Source: the human T2T-CHM13v2.0 reference genome, Homo sapiens. From it: 64,000 bases of DNA. Below the pieces are notes generated by a model. The model worked only from the letters and a program-made list of their open reading frames with translations, was not told the origin of the DNA and searched no databases. Within the stretch, counting starts at the first letter, position 1, and each line of letters starts with the position of its first letter. The stretch lies in assembly GCF_009914755.1 (NCBI RefSeq), contig NC_060943.1; one strand, given 5' to 3'. Shown one piece after another: positions 28,887-44,574 of the stretch. A program made the translations under genes and the position numbers.

Positions 28887-29236
28887 AGCCAGGCACAGAG
28901 GCTCATGCCTAAAACCTCAGCACTCTGGGAGGCCAAGGTGGGAGGATGGCTTGAGGCCAAGAGTTCAAGATCAGCCTGGACAACATAGCCAGACACTGTC
29001 TCTACAGAAAATAAATGAATAAATAAATATAGTTAGCCAGACATGGTCATACATGCCTGTGGTTTTAGCTACTCAGGAGGCTGAGGCAGGAGAATCACTT
29101 GAGCTGGGGAGGTCAGGCTGCAGTGAGCCATGATTGTACCACTGCACTCCAGCTTGGGCAACAGAGCAAGACCTTGTCTCAAAAAGAAAAAAAAAAAAAG
29201 AAGAAGAAAGAAAGAAAAGAAAAGGAAAACACAAAC
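28887..29236 (+). mobile_element. AluJ
   Basis: Diverged Alu; TSD gaaatcc. Confidence 0.9.
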
Positions 29237-29705
29237 TAGAAATCCAACTAAGTGGTATATTTGCAACATAAACTCTTCTGATTCTGACACCAGGAACCAC
29301 GTTCATGCAGAAAGCTTTGCTTAGTTACTGCCGCACCCCAAGAATAACCTGGGCACAACTGCAAGTGGACATGCACAGTCCAGAGATACAGTGAAGATTT
29401 AGTTTCCCAAAGTGATAGACTTTCCTGTCCAGAAAACCTGCAGCAAGATCCCAGTATAAGGATCGATAGGGACTATAGCTTAGGAAAACCTCTTTAAGGA
29501 ATATAAGGACTTTAAAATCTCATTAAAAGGATTACACCTTAGGAAACCCCACCCCCTAACTCAGGGCCCAGGGGAACTTCTTGGAAAGAGTTTTGTAGAA
29601 GCAATTACTTTGGGGGCTTCAGCTCCTTCCAGTCACACAGCAGATTAGGGGTGGACACAGAGTTGGAAAAGAGAAAAATCAAATAAATGAGTGGGAATTA
29701 GAGGG

Positions 29706-29983
<278 letters not shown>

Positions 29984-30470
29984 GTAGAGCTCTTCTTTAA
30001 AGTCTTGTTCAATATATTGAAATTTTTCCTGTATCAAACCAGGAACCTTGGAATAAAGAACTCTGAGTGAATCCAGTCTCTACCAAGTACTGGCTGCATA
30101 CAGTTGGGAAAGATAGCAACACCATCGGTACTTTGTTCTCTTTCCTACAAAATGGGAGGGATGGCAACCACCCTATAGGGTTCCAGAGAAAAGCAAAGGG
30201 ACTAAGGGGTGAGGAGGTCTTCAGTACACTCAAAGCCTAATGCAAATGATGGGTGTGCTCATGCCTATGTCAGTACACCTCTCAACAAAGAGAAAGAAGA
30301 ATACTCCAGGGCCTTTTAAGCACACACTGGATCCTTGTCCTGGACTTAGAGAACAAGGCAGGGTAGAGGTAAGACCTGAAACCACAGTCCCCATTATGAG
30401 CTCGCCTCCTAAGGACATGCTGTTGCTTCCCCAGAATACACAAAGACACAGCTGACTTATGATGCCTTGA

Positions 30471-30833
30471 TTTATTTTTAAAATTTATTTCTATTTTATT
30501 AATTTTTATTTTATTTTGAGATAAGTTCTGACTCTGTTGCCCAGGCTGGAGTGTAGTTGTGTGATCATGGCTCAATGTAGCCTCTACCTCTTGGGCTCAA
30601 GAGATCTTTCTACCTCAGCCACATGACTTGCTGAGACCACAGGCATGAACCACCATGGCTGGGTAATTTTAATTTTTTTTTTAAATTTTCGTGGAGACAG
30701 TCTCTACCAAGTACTGGCTGCATACATTAGGGAAAGATACCAGGGTCTGGCTATGTTGCTGGTCTTGAACTCCTGGCCTCAAGCAATCCTTCCACCTCAG
30801 CCTCCCAAAGTCCTGCAATGACAGGCACTGGCC
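30471..30833 (-). mobile_element. AluJ carrying a ~43 bp non-Alu insertion
   Basis: Reverse Alu split between gagac and agggtct. Confidence 0.9.
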
Positions 30834-30899
30834 TAGTTATTTATGTATTTATTTATTTTTTTTTTTTAAGAGAAAGGCCACAACAGAAGGGCTGTGTTT

Positions 30900-32120
<1,221 letters not shown>

Positions 32121-33639
32121 AGAAAGAGCAGTGTTTTCAACAACACTCCCCCATGTTATCACACTGAGCATTGTTTCCAAATTGATTATGTTCTTTAATC
32201 AAACACCACACTAGCATTCTTAAAAGCACTGAGAACAAAGCACTAAAGAGTTCTCTGCCACAGTTTGGCTTTTCTTTCAATGTCTAATCAAATCTCACAT
32301 ATTTCCTACTGTCTCCCCAGAGGAGTTCTGGGAACTTTTCTTTATATTCTCATCACATAACCCACCCCAAGAGACAGGAAGGGAGAAAGGAGGATGGAAG
32401 AAACGAAAGGAGAGAGGAAGGGAGGAAACAGGATAAAGAAATGCAGATGGGAGAAGGTTAGAATGAAGGAGCCAGCATCACTGGACTGAATGTCCCTGCA
32501 TCCCTGATCTGTTCAGTGGGACACAGGCAGCCAGGGAGGCAGCCCAGGAGCCTCAGAGACCGCTGGTAGTGGTGTCCTCCTCAGCACTTCTTCCCTGCCT
32601 CCCGCACACCTGAGGGTCAGGCCCTTGCATCTAATTGGACAGCTGGGTTGGTGAACGTGGCCTGTTCTGCCAGCCGCCTCGTCGGCCACAGTGACAGCTG
32701 TATCACTTCCCTGATGTGAGTGGGCGCTGAGAAGCGTTGACACATGATCAACTTCCCTCTAATATCCTTCAACCAACCTGACAGTTGTCCGGCAGGGGCT
32801 AGTCAGCTCGCCTGCCAGCCCTCACCGAGGCATTGTGGGACAGCTTCCTAAGGAATACAGTCAGGAGAGACTTCAAATGAGGCCTTTGTTTTCCCCTAGT
32901 GTGCTAACTGGGGAATTGATTCAAATCCTGAGGGTGATGGCTATGATAGGGGCTGCTACATAGGGCCTGGAGGAATGTAGGTAACAGCAAATGATAGCAT
33001 TTGAGAGGGCCACTCCATCTTGCTCTAAGACTAGCTGGGTGGTCTCGTCGATGCAGGATGTGGTTCAGAGGAAGACTTCTATCAGGGATTTGCAGTTCCA
33101 TAGCAACACACGCTTTTTTTTTTCTATTCTCACATATCTTTCCATCATGTAGTTTAAGGTGGAAGAAACACTCTCTCGTACCAGGAAAAGTTTGGAAGCC
33201 TCAAAGTTGTAAGCAGAAACGTCTCTGTCTTTCCCGATGACAGCCACAGTCTGATGGCTCTATCCTGCTGAGCATCTTGTCATCACCCCTGCCAAGTCTC
33301 TTAGCCAGGGGGCCCCTCTCTCTCGCTCACCCACTAGCAGGAAGGACAAGGCTAAGTGGGGATCCAGGAAGCATGGGTTCACTTAAGGCTCTGTCGCTAT
33401 GCTAAGTGAGGCCAGAGACATCTTGCAGCATTGATGAAGAATCTGGCATCCAGTGACTGTCATTCTTTCCTCTGGTTCTGACATTCTCCAGATGTCCATG
33501 AGCAGGAGACGAGGACAGCAGCAAACTCCAGCTTAACATAAGATGGAGAGGCTGTTGGGATTTCTGAGGGACCAGAGATCTTTTGGCTGCAACTCAGAGG
33601 AGGGTAAGAAAGGAGGGCTGTTACTACCGGGATGTTGGG

Positions 33640-34110
33640 GTGGCTCAAGGAACACATTCGCCAGAATGCAGCTGGGCTTCAAGAACAACAGAGGCCAGAC
33701 ATTCCAACACCACCAGTGGCCTCTGTCTCTTATTCCTTTTTAACTCTGAATGTTTGCTTCTCAGCCCTACTCCCTGTTGTTGCCATTTAATTTTTCTTTG
33801 TGGTTAAAACAAAACAAGTTGCCAGCACCCCCTAAGCTTCAATAACTACAGTGCAACTTAAAAAGAAAATAATGGCCTCTTTCACTCAGTTTCACGTTTA
33901 AGGTTCTCAAGAAAGCACATGATTGGCTCAGCTTGATTGTGGGTCCTTTGCTGAGCCAATAAACTGTGGCCAGGGATTGTGTCATGTGGACAAACATGGC
34001 TGCTCCTTGGGAAGCAGGTAGATGGTGGGTGGTGAGAGGCGTTCCCAGAAGCACAAAGTACTGTGCTGAGGAAGCCATGGCTGACCCATGCTGGATGGCT
34101 CCTATGCCCA
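33640..34110. mobile_element. Very old ERVL/MaLR-type LTR remnant (LTR33-like)
   Basis: tgattggctcagcttg..ccaataaactgtggccaggga pattern. Confidence 0.4.
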
Positions 34111-36054
34111 AGGAGGCTCTATAAGAAAGTTCACTGATGTCAGATCAAACATGGAATTTGATCTATGTAAGATTTGGTTTAAGGTTGTGATTGTGGTTAA
34201 AATGTCATTTTGCTCAGCCTGTGAGACATAATTCAGAAACATTACCCTCCAAAGAAGCCAGTGAGATAACTAAAAATTCAGCTGACACCCATGAAGAAGG
34301 AGCAGAAATGACTCTTTGGGGATCATTAAGCAAACCTGTCTCCAGACCAGCTGGGGCAAACTCAGAAGGCAAGAAGCCAAGTTCATTCTCCCTGTGGTCC
34401 TTGCCTGTTTTCCATCCTGTCTTCTGTTCTCCAAGTGGGCCCATGGAGTCAGCTGGCTTCCAGCCCCATGAGTTCCCGCAAATTGAGTAGAAGCCAGCCC
34501 TGTGGTCAATGGCTGTGGCAAGAGGCCTATGGAGGCTTCCATGACATGCTAAAAAAAAGGCTGGCTTAGTTAGCAAACATGGCCCTGGGGAGAGGACTTG
34601 TGGATTTGGGATCTCACCCTGGCTGCTCCAGTGCAGAGAGGAACTCATGGAGAGGCCGGCAGAGGAAGTGAGCAGAGCTAATGTTCAATTACGTGCAGGC
34701 AAGCTGTGATCAATGTGCAGAGAAGAGGCCAGGGGACCAGGCTGGGAGAGCTGCCAACCGCACCTGTGAAGGAATGGTCAGGAACCCTCCCACCCTGGGA
34801 TGCATTCCTGGCTTTTACCAGTTATTCAGGTTCTAAAGAAGTCACCCTTGAGAACTGTTTGTGACCACTTCAAAATTACAAGCTTCCCACAAAAGTCTGA
34901 TTTATGAACAATCTGTTAGATATTTGATTCAGAACACCTTTTCGGAATTAATTAATCTATCTGAAGGGGGGAAAAAAGGTGTTTTCTTTTTAAACGTCAA
35001 GTTTCTGTCGTGGCCATTTTCTATGCAGAAGAAAGAATCTTTTGATTAAAGTCAGAACTTCTCCCAATTGGGGTTACCCAGCACCCAAGGAAGGGCATCC
35101 AATCTAAGCTCTTCTGATGACGTACTTGGGCTTGGCATGTGCCTAATTACCAGACACAGGTCCTTTCATTTCTGTCTGAGTTCTGGCACGGCTGAAGAAC
35201 ATTAAAACACTGCTCAGAGTGTGCCTTCATCCTTTCTGTGATGGGGTGGCCACCAACCAGCCCGCCAGCACAGGACTTTGGGATGGCACATGGCAGCTTG
35301 CATTCGTCTCCACGACACACTGTTGGGCACTGTCAGGGGATCAGACTGGTAGCTGTGCAGGAGGCTGCTTGCTCCGATAATTAATTTCCTCTCCAGCCAG
35401 CCCCTTCTACCAGTTGTACTACCCAGAACTCTGCCCTAGCTTTGTTTGCCTGCAGCTCTCCCTACCATCCCACCTGCCTTCTCCAGCCTCCCCGCTCCAC
35501 CCTGGCCTATCCTCCCCCCAATTCCCTGGACGCCAGCCTTCAGCCCTGGCATGTCTCCTGTCAGTCACCCTCTGAGGCCCAGGCTTCTCTTCACTTTCCT
35601 GACCCTACACCGGCAGACATTTCCTGGTGACAGCTTTGTGATTCCTCTCCACATCTCCACCGTGATGTCCTGAAAACACGGGGCTCTAAAGAGGCCTGCA
35701 GGCAGACAGCAGGAACCGAGAATCAAGCCCAGGCCCCTTGTCATTCAGTCCGATTCTGCCGGCCACTGGCAGCCCCTGGTTTGAAGTTGGAGGTTACAGT
35801 GACTGCTATTCCTCTCTCCTCTTCTCCCTCTCTCCTCCACATCCGCACTACACAGAACAGGTCTCCTTGTTTATCAGCTTGAATTGGGAATGTACATGGC
35901 ACATGCCTTATCTTTATTATACATGATAACACATTTTCCAAGATAGATGATCCGCTCTTAGTCACCTCAATACGCACCTGCTACAAACTCCCAGGCTCAG
36001 ATTCAATAAACATTTCCTGGGCACTGAGTGAGTTCCTTGATTCAGAGGCAGTGA

Positions 36055-36297
36055 CCACCATGCGGTGCTTCAGAACAAAGGCACCAGCCACAAAGACCCA
36101 ATTCAAATCTCAGCTTTACCACTTCCTAGCCGGATGACCTTGGGCAAGTAACTTCATCTCTTAGTGTGGTGCCTGGTCTGTAAAGCAGCAATAATACCCC
36201 CTAGGCTTTCTGTAAGTGTGAAATGAGCAAATTCACAAAGCATTTCAATTAGGGCCTGGCCCATTGCAACTGCTGCCTAAGCAGCTATTATTATTTC
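36055..36297 (+). mobile_element. MIR (near full length)
   Basis: ttcaaatctcagctttaccacttcctagc..tgaccttgggcaagtaactt..gctattattatt. Confidence 0.85.
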
Positions 36298-36299
36298 CA

Positions 36300-36500
36300 A
36301 TAGGTACCATGATATCTGTTTTCTCATTATTATGAGAATCTTGTAAATTATGTACTACTGTCTGCATTTGGTTTATAAAGACACCGAGGATGGAGAAGTT
36401 CAGATATTTTGCTCAAATGTGCAGTGTTAATTAGCATCAATACCAGGGCTTGAACCTGGGTCTGGGGAGAACCTGGCCAGCTCTCTTTACTCTGGCCATG
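36300..36500 (-). mobile_element. MIR, tail-to-tail with the previous copy
   Basis: gacaccgagg..ttgctcaa..cttgaacctgggtctg. Confidence 0.65.
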
Positions 36501-36891
36501 AAGTGCTGGGTACTTTGCAGGTGCATATGTGCTTCATCAATATCTGTCAAATGTTGTGTAATCGTCTGTTTTCATTCATATTCACAACTCTGTGGACATA
36601 GAGTGGTTAGCCATTCAGGAAAGAGTGAGGGTGTTCTGACCTGGGGACATCAGGCTTGGTTCCCGGGCACTGGCCTTCCCTGGAAAGACCTTCTGGGAAA
36701 ACTGAAGGCTAGAAAGAAGCTTCCCCATTCAAGAAGGAAAATCCTGCAATAAGTAGCCCTGGAGCTTGCATTCCTTTTAAGAAGGGGTGAAGAATCATAC
36801 GAGGCACAGCACGCAGGAGTGTGGGGTGGGAAGATGGAGGTAGCAATGCCTCAGCTGGCCAGCACAAGAGGCATTTATGAAAATCAATCCA

Positions 36892-37187
36892 GGCCAGGCG
36901 TGGTGGCTTACCCTGTAATCCCAGCGCTTTGGGAGGCCAAGGTGGGGAGATGTCTTGAGGCCAGGAGTTCAGGACCAGCCTGGGCAACATAGCAAGCCTC
37001 TGTCTATACAAAAAATAAAACAAAATTAGTTGAGTGTGGTGGTGCACACCTGTGGTCCCAGCTACTCAGGAGGCTGAGGCAGGAGGATTGCTTGAACCCA
37101 GGAGTTCAAGTCTGCAGTGAACCGTGATCACACCATTGCACTTCAGCCTGGGTGATAGTGCAAGACCCTGTCTCAACAGCAACAACA
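36892..37187 (+). mobile_element. AluJ
   Basis: TSD aaaatcaatcca. Confidence 0.95.
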
Positions 37188-37199
37188 AAAATCAATCCA

Positions 37200-38212
<1,013 letters not shown>

Positions 38213-38860
38213 ATTTCAACCCAGGCTTTATGTGCCCAGTGCTTGACTGTGTTTTATGGGGAACAGAAATACAATTGTGTCTCAAATCCTGCCCCCAGAG
38301 AGCTTCTGGTTCTGAGCAGATATATTCACCAGGGAGTGAATACTTCAGGACAGGGAGTCAAACATGTATGTCAAGAAGTCCTAGAGGGCAGAATGAGCGG
38401 GGAGTGGAATTCCTGGGAATGTCTTGGGGAGTGGGCTGCAGATGGGTTTAAAGAATGACTGGGCTGGGCACAGTGGCTCATGTCTGTAATCCCAGCGCTT
38501 TGGGAGTCTGAGGCAGGCAGATACTTGACATCAGGAGTTCGAGACCAGCTTGATGAAGCCCCGTCTTTACTAAATAAATAAATAAATAAATAATAAAAAA
38601 TAAAATTACCCAGGCATGGTGAAACATGCCTATAGTCCCAGCTATTCAGGAGACTGAAGCATGAGAATTGCTTGAGCTCGGAAGTTGCAATGAGCCAAGA
38701 TCTCACCACTGCACTCCAGCCTGGGTGATAGAGCCAGACTACTTCTCAAAAAAAAAAAAGAATGATGGCACTGAGAGACAAAGGGAGGAACAGGTTAGGC
38801 TTCCCAGCAGGAGAACGACCACAGCAAAGGCCTGGGTAGGGGTGGCAGGGGCCAAAGAGA
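38213..38860 (-). mobile_element. L2 fragment, split by an Alu
   Basis: tatgtgcccagtgct..aatcctgcccccagagagctt; ttcccagcaggagaacgaccacagcaaaggcctg. Confidence 0.55.
38462..38759 (+). mobile_element. Alu (old S/J) with an internal ~9 bp deletion in the left arm
   Basis: TSD aaagaatga; gagaccagcttgatgaagcccc. Confidence 0.9.
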
Positions 38861-39011
38861 GGACATCGTAGAGATTGCCTTTGAATAGAGGAGGCAGCTG
38901 TTCCATTGATGCTGAGTAAATGCTTTGCATATACTTTCTAGTTTCTCCTGCTGTTTCCCTGAGTTAGTTCCATCAACCTGTGATGGAATGCACAATATCT
39001 TGATGTCATTC

Positions 39012-39314
<303 letters not shown>

Positions 39315-39863
39315 CCTGATTTTCATTCTTATATCTCTCAGAGATTTTTAGTGTCACTTGCCAGAGGGCACCAGGGCCAGAGTCTAATGCCCAGTACTCA
39401 ATGGTGAACATTTTTGCTGTGCCAAGAGAGAACCACTCGATTAGAGGTGGCTACTGCAGGCTTTGGAAGTTTTCTACGGTGGGAACCAACAATCCGTGAT
39501 CCGCCATGGTCCAGTGCATGCAGCCTTGGCTTCTCTTCCCTGGACCTGGGAAGCCTGCAGATGCTGGAAGCAGCCCAGCTGTGGCCCCTCCACTGTTCTT
39601 GCCCCTTATGTGTGGGTGTGGAAAGAACTCTCATTCAGAGACATGGTGATTTTGGGATGGAGACGTTGCTTCCTCCAACCAGACTGCTTCCTTCAGTTTC
39701 CACTGCCTGGGCTCATGCATCAGTAAGTTCTCCTACTAGAAAGTTTATTTGCAAAAAGCCATGGCCATTTGCTCACAAAGCTGTGCCCACTTTTGTCTGT
39801 GTCTTTTGCCCATTTTTTTTTTTTTTTTTTTTGCCAAATGTAGGGTTTAAAATAAAATTCCCG

Positions 39864-40410
39864 TGTTACTTCCCTGTAACTGTCATAACAAATTCCATGC
39901 ACTTGGTGGCTAGAGACAACATAAATGTGTTCTCCCACAGGTTTGGGAACTGGAAGTCAGAAATCAGGAGTTCGAGACCAGCCTGGTGAAGCCCCATCTT
40001 TACCAAAAAAAAAAAAAAAAAGAAAGAAAGAAAATACCAAAAATGAGCCAATGTCTACAGGGCTTCGCTCCCTCTAGAGGCTTCAGGGGAGGACACTTCC
40101 TTGACTCTTCCAGCTCCTGGTGGCTTCCATGTTCCCTGGCTTGTGACTGCAGAGTTCCAACCTCTGCCTCCGTCTTTGCCGGGCCTTCTCCTCTTCTCCC
40201 ACGGAGGCAGAGAAGCGTGTCCTCTCCTCTTCAGTCTCTTACAGGGACACTTGTCATTGGATTTAGGATCCACCTGGATATTCCAGAATGGTCTCATCTT
40301 GAGATCCTTAACTTTAAAGCACCTGCAAAGACTCTTTAACAAAGAAGTTACATTTGCAAGTTCTGGAACATGCTCATATCTTTTTGGAGGCCACTACTAA
40401 ACCCCCTACA
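39864..40410 (-). mobile_element. MLT1B/C MaLR LTR containing an Alu-fragment insertion (39963-40048)
   Basis: cataacaaattcca..cttggtggct; gacacttgtcattggatttagg..gagatccttaac. Confidence 0.85.
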
Positions 40411-40797
40411 ATTCTCTTTACATAATTTCCCAAAACTGTTTCCCAAAAAGTTGCCAGCAGTAACCAAATTCCAGAAGTGAAAGCATGACCCTGGCCCATG
40501 GTGACAAACCCGCTTTCTACCAAGTTGATCACCACCTAACTGTTGATTCTAGCCCTTCTAATCTTTAGCCTGTGGTAGCAAGCCAGGTACAATTTGGCAT
40601 TAAGATCTAAGAATGGCCAAAGTCTCTCATTGCACGCAGTGCTACCCTGATGCAGTGGAAACTACACTAAACAAGCTCCGTGGGATCCTTGGGCCTTCTC
40701 CCGTCTCCATGACTCATTGGCTGGGAGACTTTGGAAAATTTTCTCTGCTTCTGTGAACTTCAGTCTCCCTATCTATAAAATGAAGACTAGATTAGAA

Positions 40798-41292
40798 CAG
40801 GGGTTGATATGCTATAGCTTTTTTTTTTTTTTGGAGATGGAGTCTCGCTCTGTCACCCAGGCTAGAGTGCAAATAGCACAATCTCGGCTCACTAGAACCT
40901 CCACCTCCCGGGTTCAAGTGATTCTCCTGCCTCAGCCTCCTGAGTAGCTGAGATTGCAGATGCCTGCCACCACACCCGGCTAATTTTTGTATTTTTAATA
41001 GAGATGGGTTTTCACCATGTTGGCCAGGCTGGTCTTGAACTCCTGACCTCAGGTGATCCACCTGCCTCGGCCTCCCAAAGTGCTGGGATTACAGGCGTGA
41101 GCCACTGTGCCTGGCCAGCCTGCTTTTTTAAATAAAGTTTTATTGGAACCCAGCCTTGTCCATTTATTTACAGATCGTGTATGGGGGCTGTCATGCTGCA
41201 AGAGCAAAGCGGTTGCAACAGAGACAGAATGACTCAGAAAATGGAGAATATTTGCTGGCTAGCCCTTTACAGAAAAAGCTTGCCACCCCCTA
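40798..41292 (+). mobile_element. MER58A (hAT-Charlie), split by an Alu
   Basis: cagggg start; aaataaagttttattggaac; ccctttacagaaaaagcttgccacccc end. Confidence 0.85.
40819..41116 (-). mobile_element. AluS (Sx/Sz-like)
   Basis: Full reverse Alu. Confidence 0.95.
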
Positions 41293-42499
41293 GACAAGTA
41301 CAGAGCTCTGTAAAGGGCCCTTCTAGCTGGGTTATTTTGTGTTACTATGGACCAGTTCCTCATTTGAGCCCTGCCTAAAATCTGATGGTGGCCTGAGGAG
41401 CTGGCTATGGAGAGGGAGCAGGACTGAAAAAAAGGCTCCATCAGCCTCACAGTACCAGCATTGCCCCTCCCCGGACATCCTTGTGTGCACCGTGCTTCCG
41501 CATTGCCTGCGCTCCCAGAATTTAGCTCCCCCAGATCTTCCACCCTGTTCTCCCCTTGGGGCTTGCCCCCTGCAACGGGCAGGAAATGCAGACAGCCAGG
41601 GGACTTGTGGGTCCCTTTAAGGCCTTGAGACCTGGGGAAATCCCCCAGTTCTCAGCCACCTAAGGACAACTCATTCTCCCAGTCTAAGGGCCGAGTCATT
41701 CTCACTTTGCTTCTATCACTGTCCAGATTCCAGCAAAATACACCCTTCCACAGTCAAACCTCTACCTCCTTCATTCTCCTCTCTTATTTGTTAAACAAAT
41801 CCTGATCTGCCTTTTTAGGCTGCTCTTGAATTTTATGGCAACATATAATAAACATCTGACTGCTTTTATTTCTATTTAACTTTTATCTTGAATGTCTCTG
41901 CTGTTTCAAACCAAATATTTACAGCATCACACAGCCGCTGCAATTTCATTCCTCACCAATACTGTCACTCCCTCCTGCTTGCACTCACCAGCCCCGTAGA
42001 GAGGCCGGGAATGTTGGGGCGAATGGTCTCTTGTGCCCCCACAGCAGGGCTTCCAGACTGGATCTCTGAGTCACTGGACTCCCGGGAGAGCAGATGGCTT
42101 TCCTGGCAGCCTGGCCCTCAGCTCGGAGTCAGGCCATCTCTGGTGACTGAAGGGCTTTCTGTACTTGGTGTCTTCACACATCGGTACTAGGTTGGGTCTG
42201 GCTGTGAGAAAGACCCTCGCATGCTCCATTAAGGAGCAAACCTGGGGAATTCGAGCACCTCTGTCTTCTCAAAGGCCTCTCTTTTTCTCAGTACCCTCAG
42301 GTTTGGCCCAAGGCCTCGGAGTGCAGCTCCTTGGTCCACCTGTGCTTGTCCCTGCTTTTCTGGCCCACCAAAAAGTGCTCCTGACAGCCCTAACCACCTA
42401 CTCTTCACCAAGGCTCTCTGGTCCTGTGTGGTCCAAAAGGCCGACTGCAGATGCTCTTTTGAGTCCAGGGCCCTAAAGAAAGCAGTCCTACCTGGTGGG

Positions 42500-42670
42500 G
42501 GATGACACTCTGGACCTGGAGTCTGAAGACCTCGTTTTCTGTCTCTGAGCTTCAGTTTTCTCATCTATGAAATGGGAATCATAACACACGCTTGATGTGA
42601 CTCTCAGGGCTGCCCTAAGGATACTGAAAAATGGCGAATGACGGCGTGCTTTGTACACAGTGGGTCGTCC
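42500..42670 (+). mobile_element. MIR
   Basis: ctctgagcttcagttttctcatctatgaaatggga. Confidence 0.8.
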
Positions 42671-43180
42671 AAGGGGAGCCAGAGAGTGCCTCTTTCTGGC
42701 ATGCCTGAGCCTCCGGAGCTGGAGAAGCCTCCTTTGGTCTCCTAGACTGCCTTTTCTCCTCCCATCTGTCTCAACCTGCACAAATCCTGCCGGGCTCTGC
42801 ACATTGCTCTGTGTTGACGGATCCACCATATTAGCCTTGCCTGGCCCTTTCCTTCGTCCTTAGAAGACTCATGACTCCAGCTGAGCTTATGGGTGAACTC
42901 TTTCACAGCAGAAACTGCTTTGCCCTTCCTTCCCCATGGGCCTTGTACCTGGTCAAGCCTGCATCTTTCAGCTCTCTGGTCATCCAGAGGGAAGTCTCAC
43001 ATGAGTCTTGGTGAGAATCTTCAACTTGGCCGTGCAAGTTTTCTGATACTTTCAATCCAGTTCAAGATAAGATACATACAGCAGTCACACACCCTGAATC
43101 TCAGATTCTCAGAGGTAAGATAACCTCCCCGACATGTCCCACCCATGGGGTAGCTCTTTCCAACCCCACTAGAAAGTCAT

Positions 43181-43885
43181 TGTTATGTAGACTCGATGTT
43201 ACTGTACTCCCCAAATTCATATGCTGAAACCCTAACTCACTGTGGTGGTGTACTAGTCTGTTTTCATGCCACTAATAAGGACATACCCGAGACTGGGTAA
43301 TTTATAAAGAAAACGAGATATAATGAACTCACAGTTCCATGTGGCTGGGGAGGCCTCACAATCATGGTGGAAGGGGAAAAGCATGTCTCACATGGTGGCA
43401 GGCAAGACAGAATGAGAGCCAAATGAAAGGGGTTTCCCCTTATAAAACCGTCAGATCTCCTGGGACTTCTTCACTACCATGAAAACAGTATGGGGGAAAC
43501 CACCCCCATGATTCAATTATCTCCCACTGGGCCCCTCCCACAACACATGGGAATTATGGGAGCTACAATTCAAGATGAGATTTGGGTGGGGACACAGCAA
43601 AACCATATCAGATGGTATTAGAAAATGGGGCCTTTGGGAGATGATTAGGTCATGAGCATGGAGCCCTCATTAATGGGATTAGTGTCCTTAGAAGAGACCC
43701 TCAGAGCTTTTTTGCTGTCTTCCCACCAAATGAGGATGTAACGAGAAATGGACAGTATACAAACCGGAAAATGGCCCTCGCCAGGACCTGACCATGCTGC
43801 CACCCTGGTCTTGGACTTCAGCCTTCAGAACTGTAAGAAATAAGTTTATGGTACTGCGTTATTGCACCCCCAATGAACTAAGACA
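43181..43885 (+). mobile_element. MLT1A-type LTR, split by THE1
   Basis: ccaaattcatatgctgaaacccta..ggggcctttgggag..gaactaagaca. Confidence 0.85.
43249..43610 (-). mobile_element. THE1B solo LTR
   Basis: tgtactagtc..aaccatatca, 362 bp; 5-bp TSD ggtgg/gatgg. Confidence 0.9.
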
Positions 43886-44118
43886 ACCCACACCCTGGCT
43901 TGTCTCAGGACAACTCTGAAGGCCACTCCATCTCTAGAGCTCCCTACAGCTTTGGCTTAGACCTTCTTGAGACTACACTGCAGCCCAACTCCTCCCTCAG
44001 CTCAGCCCGCCTCCTTCCTTTCCCTACAGTGTTGATCACAAGAACATTCCCGTCTAAACATTCTGCACAATAATCTCCATCTCAGAGCCTGCTTCATGGG
44101 GATCCCAACCCATGTGAC
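43886..44118 (+). mobile_element. LTR16C-like ERVL LTR 3' part (5' part probably ~43040-43180)
   Basis: ggacaactctgaagg..tctccatctcagagcctgcttc..cccaacc. Confidence 0.7.
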
Positions 44119-44574
44119 GGTAGCCAACTGTCCTTCTTTGTGCAGGAGTCCTTTATTCTGAGAGTACATCCTAGCTACCTTTAGGGTGTGAAAATGGTCT
44201 TTCTGCTATGAAATGGTGGCACAATCAGATGCGTGTTTGTGTTATTTTTCCCTGTATTTTACTTAGCACCAGGGGCCACTGGCCACCTGAGGGTGGTCCC
44301 CTGGTTTCCTTTGATGGTGTGCCAGGATGTCAGATTTAAAAATCCAAGGACCACCACAGCTTCTCAGTCGGTTCTCTGTCTCAAGAGCAACCAGATGAAG
44401 TCCACACACGTGATGCCCCGCTGCCTTCTCAGATAAACTGTGGGTCACATCCAATTTCAGAATCTAGTGGCAAGTGCATCACATGCCCTCTCAAGAAGGC
44501 ATTTCCAGTGGGTGTCTGCTGTTTCTTTTTCACCTCTCCTGTATTCACTCTACTTTCTTTTGGAGAGAATGCTG

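Noticed and set aside
39414-39989. 191-aa ORF (longest in the window)
   Set aside because: Runs through a poly-T tract, the MLT1 LTR and an Alu fragment; no coding signature
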